64,000 nucleotides of DNA from NCBI GenBank assembly GCA_050948905.1, contig JBMNES010000001.1:821448-885447 (forward strand), written 5' to 3'. Position numbers and translations under genes: made by a program. Under the pieces are notes generated by a model that saw only the letters and a program-made list of their open reading frames with translations, had not been told where the DNA came from and made no database searches. Source of the stretch: Armatimonadota bacterium (lineage in GTDB: Bacteria; Armatimonadota; UBA5829). The number at the start of each line of letters is the position of its first letter. Positions within the stretch are counted from its first letter, which is position 1. This document shows, in pieces, positions 55,422 through 64,000 of the stretch.

Positions 55422-56303
55422 ATGGACAAGCTGATTATCAATGCAGCTATAACCGGAATGGTGCCGACCAAAAAAGATAACCCGTTTGTTCCGATATCGC
55501 CGGAGGAGATTATCGCCGATGTGCGCAGGTGCAGAGACGCTGGTGCATCGATAGTGCACATGCACGCGAGAGACACCGACGGGCAGCCAACGTATCGCAG
55601 GGACATTTACGCGAAGATATTAAAAGGCGTCAGAGAAGCCTGCCCGGATGTAATTTTGTGCGTGTCGACCAGCGGCAGGGTGTTCAAAACCTTCGGGCAG
55701 CGCTCGGAGGTGCTGGAACTGACTGATCCAGCTCCTGAGATGGCATCGCTTACGCTGGGTTCGATGAACTTCCCCAAAGTTGAATCGGTCAACAGCCCGG
55801 ATATGATCAGGTCGCTGGCGTTGAAGATGGTCGAATATGACATCGTGCCTGAGTGGGAATGCTTCGATTTGGGGATGGTGGAGTATTCGCATTATCTGAT
55901 CAGCCATTGCGTTCTCAGGCCGCCGTTTTACTGCAATTTGCTGCTGGGTTCTCTGGGAACGCTGAGTGCGACTGCTATGAATCTGGCGCTTATGGTGCGC
56001 GCGCTGCCAGAAGGGACGACCTGGGCGGCTGCGGGAATTGGCAGATTTCAGTTTAACGTGAACTCGCTTGCCATCACGATGGGCGGCCACGTTCGGGTGG
56101 GATTAGAAGATAACCTGTGGTATGACGATGAGCGAACCCGGTTGGCCACAAACCCCGACCTTATCGAACGACTGGTGAAATTGGCCGAAGCGTGCGGAAG
56201 ATCGGTGGCATCGCCGGACGAAGCAAGGCAGATCATCGGGCTGCCTGCCAGAGCTAGCAAACCTCGAAACGCATTTGCGCAGACGCGAAGCACGGCTGGC
56301 TGA
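55422..56303 (+). CDS. BKACE family enzyme (3-keto-5-aminohexanoate cleavage enzyme-like, DUF849)
   Basis: INAAITGMVPTKKDNPFVPISPEEIIADVRRCRDAGASIVHMHAR matches the BKACE/Kce N-terminus. Confidence 0.7.
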   Translation: MDKLIINAAITGMVPTKKDNPFVPISPEEIIADVRRCRDAGASIVHMHARDTDGQPTYRRDIYAKILKGVREACPDVILCVSTSGRVFKTFGQRSEVLELTDPAPEMASLTLGSMNFPKVESVNSPDMIRSLALKMVEYDIVPEWECFDLGMVEYSHYLISHCVLRPPFYCNLLLGSLGTLSATAMNLALMVRALPEGTTWAAAGIGRFQFNVNSLAITMGGHVRVGLEDNLWYDDERTRLATNPDLIERLVKLAEACGRSVASPDEARQIIGLPARASKPRNAFAQTRSTAG

Positions 56304-56306
56304 TAT

Positions 56307-56693
56307 TCATATATATTTGAAAATACACGCCACTACAAACGCCAACACGACGCCAATCGCCACACTGCCGCCTTTGCCGGAGCGTCGGAACATAAACCAA
56401 TAGGGGAAATTATGCGACAACACCGCTATTGCGCCTGCAAGCAACCCCATAGAAATTGACATCTGCCTGGTATGTACAAAAGCCGCCATGGTGAGATAAA
56501 CGGGAACGAAGCCTTTTGCCACGTTGAGTATCGCAACCACTACCAGCCCTGTTCGATCTGCAGGGCTAGTGCCGGCGGATGATTCCCCATCGGATGTCTT
56601 TGAACTGCCCCTCGAGCGAATGTATACCGCGATATGGCCGAACGGAATCGACCCCAGCAGCATCGCTAAAGCCAGCATCTGAGCGATTTTCAT
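56307..56693 (-). CDS. PlsY-like (glycerol-3-phosphate acyltransferase family) protein, short and with degenerate GSGNxGATN motif; possible pseudogene or divergent paralog
   Basis: LLGSIPFGHIAVYI and ..KGFVPVYL..GLLAGAIAVLSHNFPYWFMF..GGS align to PlsY; 128 aa versus ~200; a KDIR tetrapeptide appears only in a shifted frame. Confidence 0.45.
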   Translation of the reverse strand: MKIAQMLALAMLLGSIPFGHIAVYIRSRGSSKTSDGESSAGTSPADRTGLVVVAILNVAKGFVPVYLTMAAFVHTRQMSISMGLLAGAIAVLSHNFPYWFMFRRSGKGGSVAIGVVLAFVVACIFKYI

Positions 56694-56721
56694 AGCGTTT
56701 TGTTCCAGTCAACTGTCGGCA

Positions 56722-57684
56722 TTACGCTTTTGTCCTGGATTCGGCGCGCAATTTATAAGAGGCGTCAGCTATTACGCCGCCGAGCACAATTACGCCGATT
56801 ACGGCCCATTGCCATTCTGATCCGACCCCAACCAGGTTCATCCCGTTGTCCATCACGCGAATCAGAATAGCGCCGACGATAACGCCCAGTACGCTGCCTT
56901 CCCCACCACGCAGGCTGCATCCGCCCAATACAGCGGCCGCTATCGCCCACATTTCATACATCAACGCAGATTGTGCGGGCTGGATTTCACGATTTAGTGA
57001 CAGCTCCAACACGCCCGCTATCCCCGCCAATACAGCACATATCACAAACGCCAGAGTGCGTATACGATTTACTTTTATTCCGGAATAGCGCACAGCCTCG
57101 GCGTTGCGGCCGATGGCGTACAAATATCTGCCATAGACCGTGAAGTTCATCAGAAATCCTAACATAAGGGCGATTACGATGAGTATCCAGAACGTGACAG
57201 GTATTCCCAAATAAGAGCCGTTGCCCAAAAACGCGAACTTCTCGTCGGTAAGGCCCTGCGCCATACCGTTTGGAATGCCGCGCGCAAGACCCCTGAGCAG
57301 CAGTAGAGAGGCCAGAGTGGCGATGAAGGGCTGCAGCTTGATTTTTCCTACCAAAAACCCGTGCCAGAACCCCAGCAGCGCACAACACGGCACAATTAAC
57401 AAACTCGCAACAAATGGGTTCCAGCCCGCTGCCGCCAGCATAGCCACCGACATGCCAACAAACGCCATCACCGATCCTATGGACAAGTCGATGCCGCCGG
57501 ACAGAATAACAATGCCGGCTCCGAGAGCGTAAATACCCAGCAGCCCTATTCTCTGCGCCAAATTGGATAGATTCACCCCGGAAAGAAACGTTATGGTGTG
57601 ATCCGGTTGCGTTAACCATTGAAAGGCGCATATCGCTACTACCAACACTATCAGCAGCAGTGTCATTCCCAGCAGCTTCTTCAA
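56722..57684 (-). CDS. Sugar ABC transporter permease (RbsC/monosaccharide family)
   Basis: ~10 TM helices; family-typical core. Confidence 0.8.
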   Translation of the reverse strand: MKKLLGMTLLLIVLVVAICAFQWLTQPDHTITFLSGVNLSNLAQRIGLLGIYALGAGIVILSGGIDLSIGSVMAFVGMSVAMLAAAGWNPFVASLLIVPCCALLGFWHGFLVGKIKLQPFIATLASLLLLRGLARGIPNGMAQGLTDEKFAFLGNGSYLGIPVTFWILIVIALMLGFLMNFTVYGRYLYAIGRNAEAVRYSGIKVNRIRTLAFVICAVLAGIAGVLELSLNREIQPAQSALMYEMWAIAAAVLGGCSLRGGEGSVLGVIVGAILIRVMDNGMNLVGVGSEWQWAVIGVIVLGGVIADASYKLRAESRTKA

Positions 57685-59186
57685 ACTTGACTCCCTCCGG
57701 TCGCCAACTGCATTATATTTTGCTCGTTAATTTGAGCTCTGTCGAGAACGCCGGTCTGTATGCCCTCGTGCATTACAAGAACCCGGTCAGACAGCCCGAT
57801 GATCTCCTCCATCTCCGAGGAAACCATTATCACCCCCATACCATCGTCGGCGAGCTTGCGAATTAGCTTGTATATCTCACTTTTAGAGCCGACATCGATG
57901 CCGCGCGTAGGCTCGTCGAGTATAAGAATTTTGGGCGATATCCCCAGCCATTTCGCCAGAGCAACTTTTTGCTGGTTGCCGCCTGACAAAAATTGCACGA
58001 GTTGATTTAGACTGGGGGTCTTTATATCAAGCCGCTCGGCAAGGGCTGTAGCAACTTCAGATTCGCGCTTTCTATCTAAAAACGGCGGATTGTAGCCCCC
58101 TATTCCGGGTAACGAGATGTTCTCGGTTATGGGCATTTCGAGGATGACCCCAAGCGCCTTTCGATCCTCCGGCACAAGGCCAAACCCAGCGGCAATAGCA
58201 TCGGTTGTGGTGCGAATGTCGACAGAGTTGCCGAGTACTCGCACCTCTCCTGACCACTTAGGCTCAACCCCAAACAGCGCTTGAACCAGTTCGGTGCGTC
58301 CGGATCCGACAAGCCCGGCGATCCCTAGAATCTCCCCGGCCCTGAGATCAAAGCTGACAGTCCCTTTGCCGCCTCGATATGCCAAATCTCTTACCGACAG
58401 CACAACTTCGCCTTGTTTATGGCTGCTGTGTTCTGGAAAGAAGCGAGATATGTCGCGGCCGACCATTAACCTCACCATTTCCTCCCCGCACAACTGCTCT
58501 CCACCAAGTTCGCCGACATATTCGCCGTCTCGCAGCACAACCGCCCGATCGCATAGTTCCTGAACTTCGGCTAGGCGATGAGAAATATATATCATCGAAA
58601 CCCCAGCCTGCTTCAAGTTTCGCATTACATCAAACAGCTTGCCGGCTTCTGCAGGGGAAAGGGAGCTGGTGGGTTCGTCGAGCACCAGGATTCTGGAGTC
58701 CATCGACAGTGCCTTTGCGATCTCGACAAGCTGCTGTTCTCCCGGAGACAGGCTCTCGACAAGGCTGGTCAGACGGGCGGAGATTCCCACGCGATGGGCA
58801 ATCTCTCTGGCTCGCTCATACAACTTCCCGGTGTCGACCACAGCCCCGAAGCTCTTGCGAGGCTCACGACCCAGGAAAATATTGGAGGCAATATCGAGAT
58901 TAGGGGCAAGGTTAAGCTCCTGGTGGATTATCGATACCCCCAGCGCTATCGAATGCTGGACATCGACGATCTCAGTTTTAACGCCATCAAAAAAAATGTC
59001 TCCACAGTCCGCCTGATAATCGCCGCCAAGAATCCGCATAAGTGTGGACTTCCCCGCGCCGTTTTCCCCAATCAGGCCCAGAATCTCACCGGCGCCGAGG
59101 CTTAAAGTGACACCATTGAGAGCCACTACACCAGGGAAACGTTTGGTTATGTTTTGCATCAACAGCAGCGGAGCGCAGTCGTTCAT
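57681..59186 (-). CDS. Sugar ABC transporter ATP-binding protein with two ABC domains (RbsA/MglA-like)
   Basis: Two Walker A (GENGAGKST, GLVGSGRTEL) and two signature motifs; 501 aa. Confidence 0.85.
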   Translation of the reverse strand: MNDCAPLLLMQNITKRFPGVVALNGVTLSLGAGEILGLIGENGAGKSTLMRILGGDYQADCGDIFFDGVKTEIVDVQHSIALGVSIIHQELNLAPNLDIASNIFLGREPRKSFGAVVDTGKLYERAREIAHRVGISARLTSLVESLSPGEQQLVEIAKALSMDSRILVLDEPTSSLSPAEAGKLFDVMRNLKQAGVSMIYISHRLAEVQELCDRAVVLRDGEYVGELGGEQLCGEEMVRLMVGRDISRFFPEHSSHKQGEVVLSVRDLAYRGGKGTVSFDLRAGEILGIAGLVGSGRTELVQALFGVEPKWSGEVRVLGNSVDIRTTTDAIAAGFGLVPEDRKALGVILEMPITENISLPGIGGYNPPFLDRKRESEVATALAERLDIKTPSLNQLVQFLSGGNQQKVALAKWLGISPKILILDEPTRGIDVGSKSEIYKLIRKLADDGMGVIMVSSEMEEIIGLSDRVLVMHEGIQTGVLDRAQINEQNIMQLATGGSQV

Positions 59187-59235
59187 GGGCTTATTTTATC
59201 ACGCATTGCAGTAAATCTGAAGGAGGATCAGATAG

Positions 59236-59262
59236 CTGTGAGGTGGTGATCGCACGATCACC
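59236..59262. repeat. REP-like perfect palindrome GGTGGTGATCG-CA-CGATCACCACC between the SBP and ATPase genes of the ABC operon (site 8)
   Basis: Read directly; a variant of the GGYGGYGAT...ATCRCCRCC family that carries compensatory changes. Confidence 0.7.
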
Positions 59263-59279
59263 ACCCAGACTCATTTTCG

Positions 59280-60254
59280 CTATTTCCCGGTCAGCTCTTT
59301 AAGCTCTGCCCAAAACTCATCGATGTTAGATTTGTCGACAACTCTGACCCCTGTGTCGATCATTTTGGAGTCGGGGATAACGCCCTCTTCGCCTCTGGCC
59401 AATGCGCTGAGAACCTTAACCGATTGATAGCCGAACTCAAACGGTTTCTGCACTACTGTCGCGAAAATCGCACCATCCTTGACGCCCGTCAGGGTATCGT
59501 CCTGCTCATCGAAGCATACAATCTTAACCTTGCCGACCTTGTTAGCCGATTTCACCGCGTTAACAATCGCCGGGCCGTTGTAGCTCCATAACCCGACCAG
59601 ACACGCGACATCCGGGTGTTTTACCAGCGTATCCTCCACATTTGCCCGCGCCTTGGTATGATTGGTGTCGTCGGTCATCAGGCCGAGGATTTTATACTTC
59701 GGATCCTTGTCGAGAACCGCGCGGATACCTTTATAGCGATCGTTCGCGTTTTGGGCGTCGCGCATGCCGACATAAAGCATAATCTTGCCACCATCGGGGA
59801 TTGCCTTTATGATCTGCTCACCCGCAGTCTTGCCGGCGTCGAAGTTGCTTGTGCCGACATAGCACAGCCGGTTGCTCTTCGGAGCATCGGAGTCCATGCA
59901 AATAAGGTCGATGCTGGCGGCGGTTTTATTGAGAACCTCGGTCTGGCTGTCCGGGCTGACCGGGCTTATCGCAACACCCTTTACGCCGCGGGTTACCAGG
60001 TCTTCCAAAATCACCTTCTGCTCAGCCGCTGTACCAGTGGTCGGCATTTTGAAATCGCACTTTACGCCGAAATCTTTTTCACCCTTTTTGACCCCAGCCT
60101 GCGCTATCTTCCAAAAATCCGAGACGTTGTTCGTCACAAAGGCGATATGAACCGATTTCACCCCTTCGGACTTATCAGCGGCCTGTTTATTGCCACACGA
60201 ACACAACCCAAGGACTAATCCGGCCAAAACGAAAAAAACGAAAAGTCTTTTCAT
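59280..60254 (-). CDS. Sugar ABC transporter substrate-binding lipoprotein. Start set at MKRLF (~60254); the ORF-track 5' extension to 60608 is unlikely
   Basis: Lipobox LGLCSCG; periplasmic binding protein type I fold pattern. Confidence 0.75.
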   Translation of the reverse strand: MKRLFVFFVLAGLVLGLCSCGNKQAADKSEGVKSVHIAFVTNNVSDFWKIAQAGVKKGEKDFGVKCDFKMPTTGTAAEQKVILEDLVTRGVKGVAISPVSPDSQTEVLNKTAASIDLICMDSDAPKSNRLCYVGTSNFDAGKTAGEQIIKAIPDGGKIMLYVGMRDAQNANDRYKGIRAVLDKDPKYKILGLMTDDTNHTKARANVEDTLVKHPDVACLVGLWSYNGPAIVNAVKSANKVGKVKIVCFDEQDDTLTGVKDGAIFATVVQKPFEFGYQSVKVLSALARGEEGVIPDSKMIDTGVRVVDKSNIDEFWAELKELTGK

Positions 60255-60384
60255 CCTCGCATCTCCTATCAAAAAGCCTACATTCACTGCTTCTACATTC
60301 GCGCCTACTATCCTGCGTTCTACGCATCTGCTTTTGGCAATACCGTGAATCAGCCTGTTGTGGTTTTGGGTAAGACGAAACGAT

Positions 60385-61251
60385 ATGGCTGTGCAACTGA
60401 TAATCAGCGCCGACGATTTCGGGGCCACTGACCAGATAAACTCAGCGATAATCAGGGCACATCGCGAGGGAGTCTTGACCAGCGCCGGGTTAATGGTGAC
60501 CGGAGAGGCCGCCGGTGATGCCGTGCGTCTCGCAAAAGAGCAGCCGGGGCTGGCGGTTGGATTGCACCTCGCCCTTAGCGACGCTCGGAGCGCGCTGCCA
60601 AAAAGCAAAATTCCTCGTCTTGTGGATAATCACCAACGATTTGCCAATAACCCCGTGAAAGCGGCCCTGCAATATTTTTTCGACAAAGAAGCTCGCTCGC
60701 AGTTGCGCCTGGAGATCGCTGCACAGTTCGAGATGTTTGCTGCCACTGGACTTGAGCTGAGCCACGTCGACGGTCACCAGCACATGCACGCACATCCCGC
60801 CGTCTTGCCGGTCGTTATTGAATTGGCGAAAGAATATGGGGCCAAAGGGATAAGGGTGCCGCGCGACCCGCTGTGGGCCAATTTCGCGGCGGATAGGACA
60901 CATATCGTGTCAAAATTAGCCGTTGCCGCCGGGCACGGTTATCTCGCAGCAGTGTGTCGAAAAAAGCTGCGGGGATGTGACCTTGCCGTGTGCGATATGG
61001 CTATCGGCAGCCTGATGAGCGGGTCGATGAACCCGGACTATGTGATAAATATTCTCGGCAGGCTGAAAGCGCGTAAGCTCGAGATGTTTTTTCATCCCTC
61101 TGAATCTGCCCAACCCGTGCCGTTTGGGCCGAACAGAGGGGATTTGGAAACGCTGCTGGAGCCTGCGTTGAAGGCATTCATCTCACAGGGATATCAGCTC
61201 ACTACTTATGAAAATCTGGCAAAATCGGAGGAGCGAGTTGGTTTGGTTTAG
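60385..61251 (+). CDS. hpnK: ChbG/HpnK-family (YdjC-like) carbohydrate deacetylase, hopanoid-associated HpnK-like
   Basis: LIISADDFGATDQINSAIIRAHREGVLTSAGLMV; YdjC motif; adjacent to the hpnI-like GT. Confidence 0.7.
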   Translation: MAVQLIISADDFGATDQINSAIIRAHREGVLTSAGLMVTGEAAGDAVRLAKEQPGLAVGLHLALSDARSALPKSKIPRLVDNHQRFANNPVKAALQYFFDKEARSQLRLEIAAQFEMFAATGLELSHVDGHQHMHAHPAVLPVVIELAKEYGAKGIRVPRDPLWANFAADRTHIVSKLAVAAGHGYLAAVCRKKLRGCDLAVCDMAIGSLMSGSMNPDYVINILGRLKARKLEMFFHPSESAQPVPFGPNRGDLETLLEPALKAFISQGYQLTTYENLAKSEERVGLV

Positions 61252-62389
61252 CGGAGTTCTTCTGGTCTTGACTATTCTTGGCGCGGGCTATTATATAGCC
61301 TCCACTGCCTGTCTTTTCGCTTCTTTCAGAGGCAAATCACAGGCCGAATCCCCGGATTTTCAACCCGTTGTAAGCATCCTGAAGCCCGCATGCGGGGTGG
61401 ATCGGCAGGCCGAGGCCAACTTCGCCTCTTATCTGAAACAGGATTATCCGGACTACGAGGTAATTTTCGGGACGCTGGAGGCGACTGATCCCGCGATAGA
61501 TGTCATACTCGACACTATGAAAGGACACAAACACGCATCACTGCGAATAGGCTCCACCATCAGCGGCGCAAACAACAAAGTGAGAATCCTGCATCAGCTA
61601 GCCAAGCACGCCCGTGGGGAGATAATCGTGATTACAGATGCCGACACGCGAGTGGAGCCGAATTTTCTGCGGGCGATGGTGGCGCCTTTCCAGGACAGCC
61701 GTGTAGGAATGGTGACCTGCCTTTATAAAGGGGTTGAAGCGACGGGCCTTGCGGATTCTCTGGAAGCGCTGTATATGAGCAGCATCTTCGCTTGCGGCGT
61801 GGCCTGTGCGCAACAGATAGGGGGATTGCGCTTCGGCCTCGGCGCCGCCATAGCCCTGCGTGCCGAGGTTCTGAATGCCATCGGCGGATTCAAACCGTTG
61901 GCGGATTATTTGGCGGATGATTATCAGATAGGCCATCGCACCGCACTGCTCGGTTGGAAAATTGAGCTTTCGAGATATGTCATCGACGAGGTTATGTCCG
62001 GTGAGTCGCTGCGCTCTGTGTTATCGAGGGAGCTGCGCTGGTCCCGCACCACAAGGGTCTGCCGGCCGCTTGGTCATTTTGGGTTGATATTCACGTTCGG
62101 CTCGGTATATGCATTGCTGCTGGCAGCGATCTGGCGGTCTTTCTCTGCGCTGTCAATTCTCATAATTGTGCTGGTTCTGCGTACGGTGTGCGCCTGGCTT
62201 TGTGCGCGGAAATTGGGTGACGAGGAATTCCCCCGTCGTATGCACCTGCTGGCTCTGCGGGACGTGGTCTCTTTTTTTGTATGGGCAGCGGGTTATCTCG
62301 GTAGCACGGTTAAGTGGCGCGGGCGCAAATTGAGGCTGAGGAAAGATGGCCGAATGGTAAGGGTTAGTCAGTACCAAAAAAGGGGCTGA
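61238..62389 (+). CDS. hpnI: Hopanoid biosynthesis-associated glycosyltransferase HpnI-like (GT2, ceramide glucosyltransferase-like). TTG start at 61238 with GGAGG RBS preferred over the ATG at 61208
   Basis: PVVSILKPACGVD..; VITDADTRV; N- and C-terminal TM helices; ~385 aa. Confidence 0.7.
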   Translation: MVWFSGVLLVLTILGAGYYIASTACLFASFRGKSQAESPDFQPVVSILKPACGVDRQAEANFASYLKQDYPDYEVIFGTLEATDPAIDVILDTMKGHKHASLRIGSTISGANNKVRILHQLAKHARGEIIVITDADTRVEPNFLRAMVAPFQDSRVGMVTCLYKGVEATGLADSLEALYMSSIFACGVACAQQIGGLRFGLGAAIALRAEVLNAIGGFKPLADYLADDYQIGHRTALLGWKIELSRYVIDEVMSGESLRSVLSRELRWSRTTRVCRPLGHFGLIFTFGSVYALLLAAIWRSFSALSILIIVLVLRTVCAWLCARKLGDEEFPRRMHLLALRDVVSFFVWAAGYLGSTVKWRGRKLRLRKDGRMVRVSQYQKRG

Positions 62390-62415
62390 TCCTAAGACCA
62401 GCCCCTTGATTTTCG
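62375..62415. terminator. Bidirectional terminator-like hairpin GGGGCTG..CAGCCCC flanked by an A-run and a T-run, between hpnI (+) and the convergent Fn3 protein gene (-)
   Basis: Stem-loop overlapping the hpnI stop codon. Confidence 0.5.
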
Positions 62416-62429
62416 CCTCGAAACAGAGT

Positions 62430-63950
62430 TTAGTTCTGTTTCTTGGCGGAGATTGCGGTGAGAACCGGCTCAGCGCCGCTCACGTCAAGAGTACCCGTTG
62501 CGGATACATAGTCGGCCGCGGTGAATCCGTGAGCAGTCTTAAGGACCTTCACAGGAACACCAGATCCGTCGTCAACGGTGAAGCTGTTGGCGTCGATTAC
62601 GGTGACCTTACCCCAAACGGTGAACTTGGCCGTGGCAGCCGCCGCTGCGGTGGCAGCGTCCAGAGTCGCCTTATTGGAAATACCATAAGACTCGACCGGC
62701 TCCGGCTCGGATTCCTCGACAATGAACGTGAAGGCAGTTGTAGCTGCCGCCTCGTTCAGAGCGTAGTCAACTGTGGCTACGCGCAGGTAGTAGGTGCCAG
62801 GATTCTGCTCGCCAGGCTCGAACGTGGTGCCGGCTTCCTTCCAGGTGGTAGGAACGCCATTGGCATCGGTTCCGAAGTAGATCTTGTAGCCACGAACACC
62901 AGACTTGTCGTCAGTGGCGCCGAGGAACGCGAACTTCGGAGCAGTGACCTCAGACTGAGAAACGCCGTTCTGTGCGCCGCCCGCTTCGGTTACACTGGTC
63001 GGGTTGGACGGGGCAACGTCGTCTGTTGTCGAGTAGGTCAGGCCAGTGATGGCAGTTCGATCTGCGTTTGCAAGTCGAGCATACAGACCGTGACCGCCAG
63101 CGCCGTTCTCAACCTTGATCAGAATCTTGTTCCAACCGGCGAGAAGAGTGAACGGCCCTATGAAGTTCTGGTCAGGGGCAGGGCTGGCAGCCGTTTGCCT
63201 CTGGCCTCGATATACACCGTTCGTCCAGACCTTAGAGTAGTCATCGGAACCAAGTCCGACGTACGCCGGCCAGACGGAGGCACCCGGGTTGTTCACGTAT
63301 ACCGCGAAGTAGGTCGAAGAGTTAGTTTTGATACTGCCGTAGAGGGCATTGACATCCAGGATGTCGTCTGCAGCGGTCGTCACTGCCCACGACTTGCCTG
63401 CATAGGTCTTGCCTGTCTTGGCAGCCAACTGAGTCTCATTGACTGGGACGCCGTTGTAGGTGTTGTTAACCTGATCGGTGTCAATTCGCAGTTGGTGATC
63501 GTCATTGCCACCCTGAGCGAACTCGCCAAGGTATGCCCAATCTCTAATTACATTGCCTACGCCAGTCGGCGGGTTGTAATAAAGATTTACGCTGGTAGTC
63601 TTGGTCATACCCTTGCGATCCTGGATCGCGCCTTCCTCATCGCTCTTAGCCTGGATGCCGTTGCGAAGCAGGTAGCGATAGTCTTTGCCACTCGGCAAGG
63701 TGTAGACCTTAGCAACATCAGCGGCAGGAACGCCGACCCACTCAAGCACCGGACCAAGCTGCTCGCCGCGGTCGCCACCAGGAGTGTCCCAGGGAGTCGT
63801 TCCGTCGGTGGTCAGCCACCAGCAACCATTATTGTCAGTGGTGTAAACCCACGGCTTCATAACCTCGAAGAGTCGGACGTGGATAGTCACCATTGAGGAG
63901 TAACTGGAAGCTGGTGTGTGGGTAAGAGTGATCTTGCCCAGACCGTGCAA
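62430..63950 (-). CDS. Secreted hypothetical protein with fibronectin type III-like and beta-sandwich domains
   Basis: GYKIYFGTDANGVPTTWKEAGTTF..GTYYLRVATVDYALNE is Fn3-like; Thr/Ala/Gly-rich beta-strand composition. Confidence 0.5.
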   Translation of the reverse strand: MHGLGKITLTHTPASSYSSMVTIHVRLFEVMKPWVYTTDNNGCWWLTTDGTTPWDTPGGDRGEQLGPVLEWVGVPAADVAKVYTLPSGKDYRYLLRNGIQAKSDEEGAIQDRKGMTKTTSVNLYYNPPTGVGNVIRDWAYLGEFAQGGNDDHQLRIDTDQVNNTYNGVPVNETQLAAKTGKTYAGKSWAVTTAADDILDVNALYGSIKTNSSTYFAVYVNNPGASVWPAYVGLGSDDYSKVWTNGVYRGQRQTAASPAPDQNFIGPFTLLAGWNKILIKVENGAGGHGLYARLANADRTAITGLTYSTTDDVAPSNPTSVTEAGGAQNGVSQSEVTAPKFAFLGATDDKSGVRGYKIYFGTDANGVPTTWKEAGTTFEPGEQNPGTYYLRVATVDYALNEAAATTAFTFIVEESEPEPVESYGISNKATLDAATAAAAATAKFTVWGKVTVIDANSFTVDDGSGVPVKVLKTAHGFTAADYVSATGTLDVSGAEPVLTAISAKKQN

Positions 63951-64000
63951 CAGGCTCTGCGCAGGGAATGAGTTGAACCCAGCCCAGTCCTCCCACTTGA

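Overview
This is a high-GC (~55-60%) bacterial chromosomal segment, probably from a PVC-superphylum-like organism. Evidence for that placement includes a DUF1559 H-X9-DG prepilin-like protein, a PEP-CTERM protein, several Tat-signal Gfo/Idh/MocA oxidoreductases and hopanoid hpnI/J/K genes. Coding content falls into five groups. Sugar/redox metabolism: ThuA-like, ApbE, five Gfo/Idh/MocA oxidoreductases, gluconolactonase, xylose-isomerase-like TIM barrel, pectate-lyase-fold protein, GH78-like protein. Housekeeping: lgt, deoA, ltaE, msrBA, argH, the rplU-rpmA-obg-proB-proA-nadD-LCP string, rsfS, hrcA. A selenium/sulfur trafficking cassette: yeeE-tusA-class V aminotransferase-DUF3343. An exopolysaccharide locus: Wzx flippase, pyruvyl transferase, three GT2 glycosyltransferases, NeuD-like acetyltransferase, BKACE-family enzyme, extended MurJ. 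A sugar ABC transporter and hopanoid side-chain genes hpnK-hpnI, with hpnJ located elsewhere. The most notable non-coding feature is a well-conserved cobalamin riboswitch on the minus strand (about 22660-22844) with a near-consensus promoter. It drives an operon of three secreted or surface proteins (DUF1559 pseudopilin-like, a 490-aa secreted protein, a PEP-CTERM beta-propeller-like protein) that belong to no known B12 transport family, which makes it a candidate undescribed corrinoid-capture system. A modular REP/MITE-like palindromic repeat family occupies at least 8 intergenic sites. A separate ~55-nt repeat brackets the Se/S cassette and abuts the riboswitch promoter. No rRNA, tRNA or CRISPR was found. 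Many antisense ORFs in the ORF track are high-GC shadow ORFs and are not reported. Coordinates come mainly from the supplied ORF track and hand counting; single-nucleotide errors in hand-placed sites are possible.
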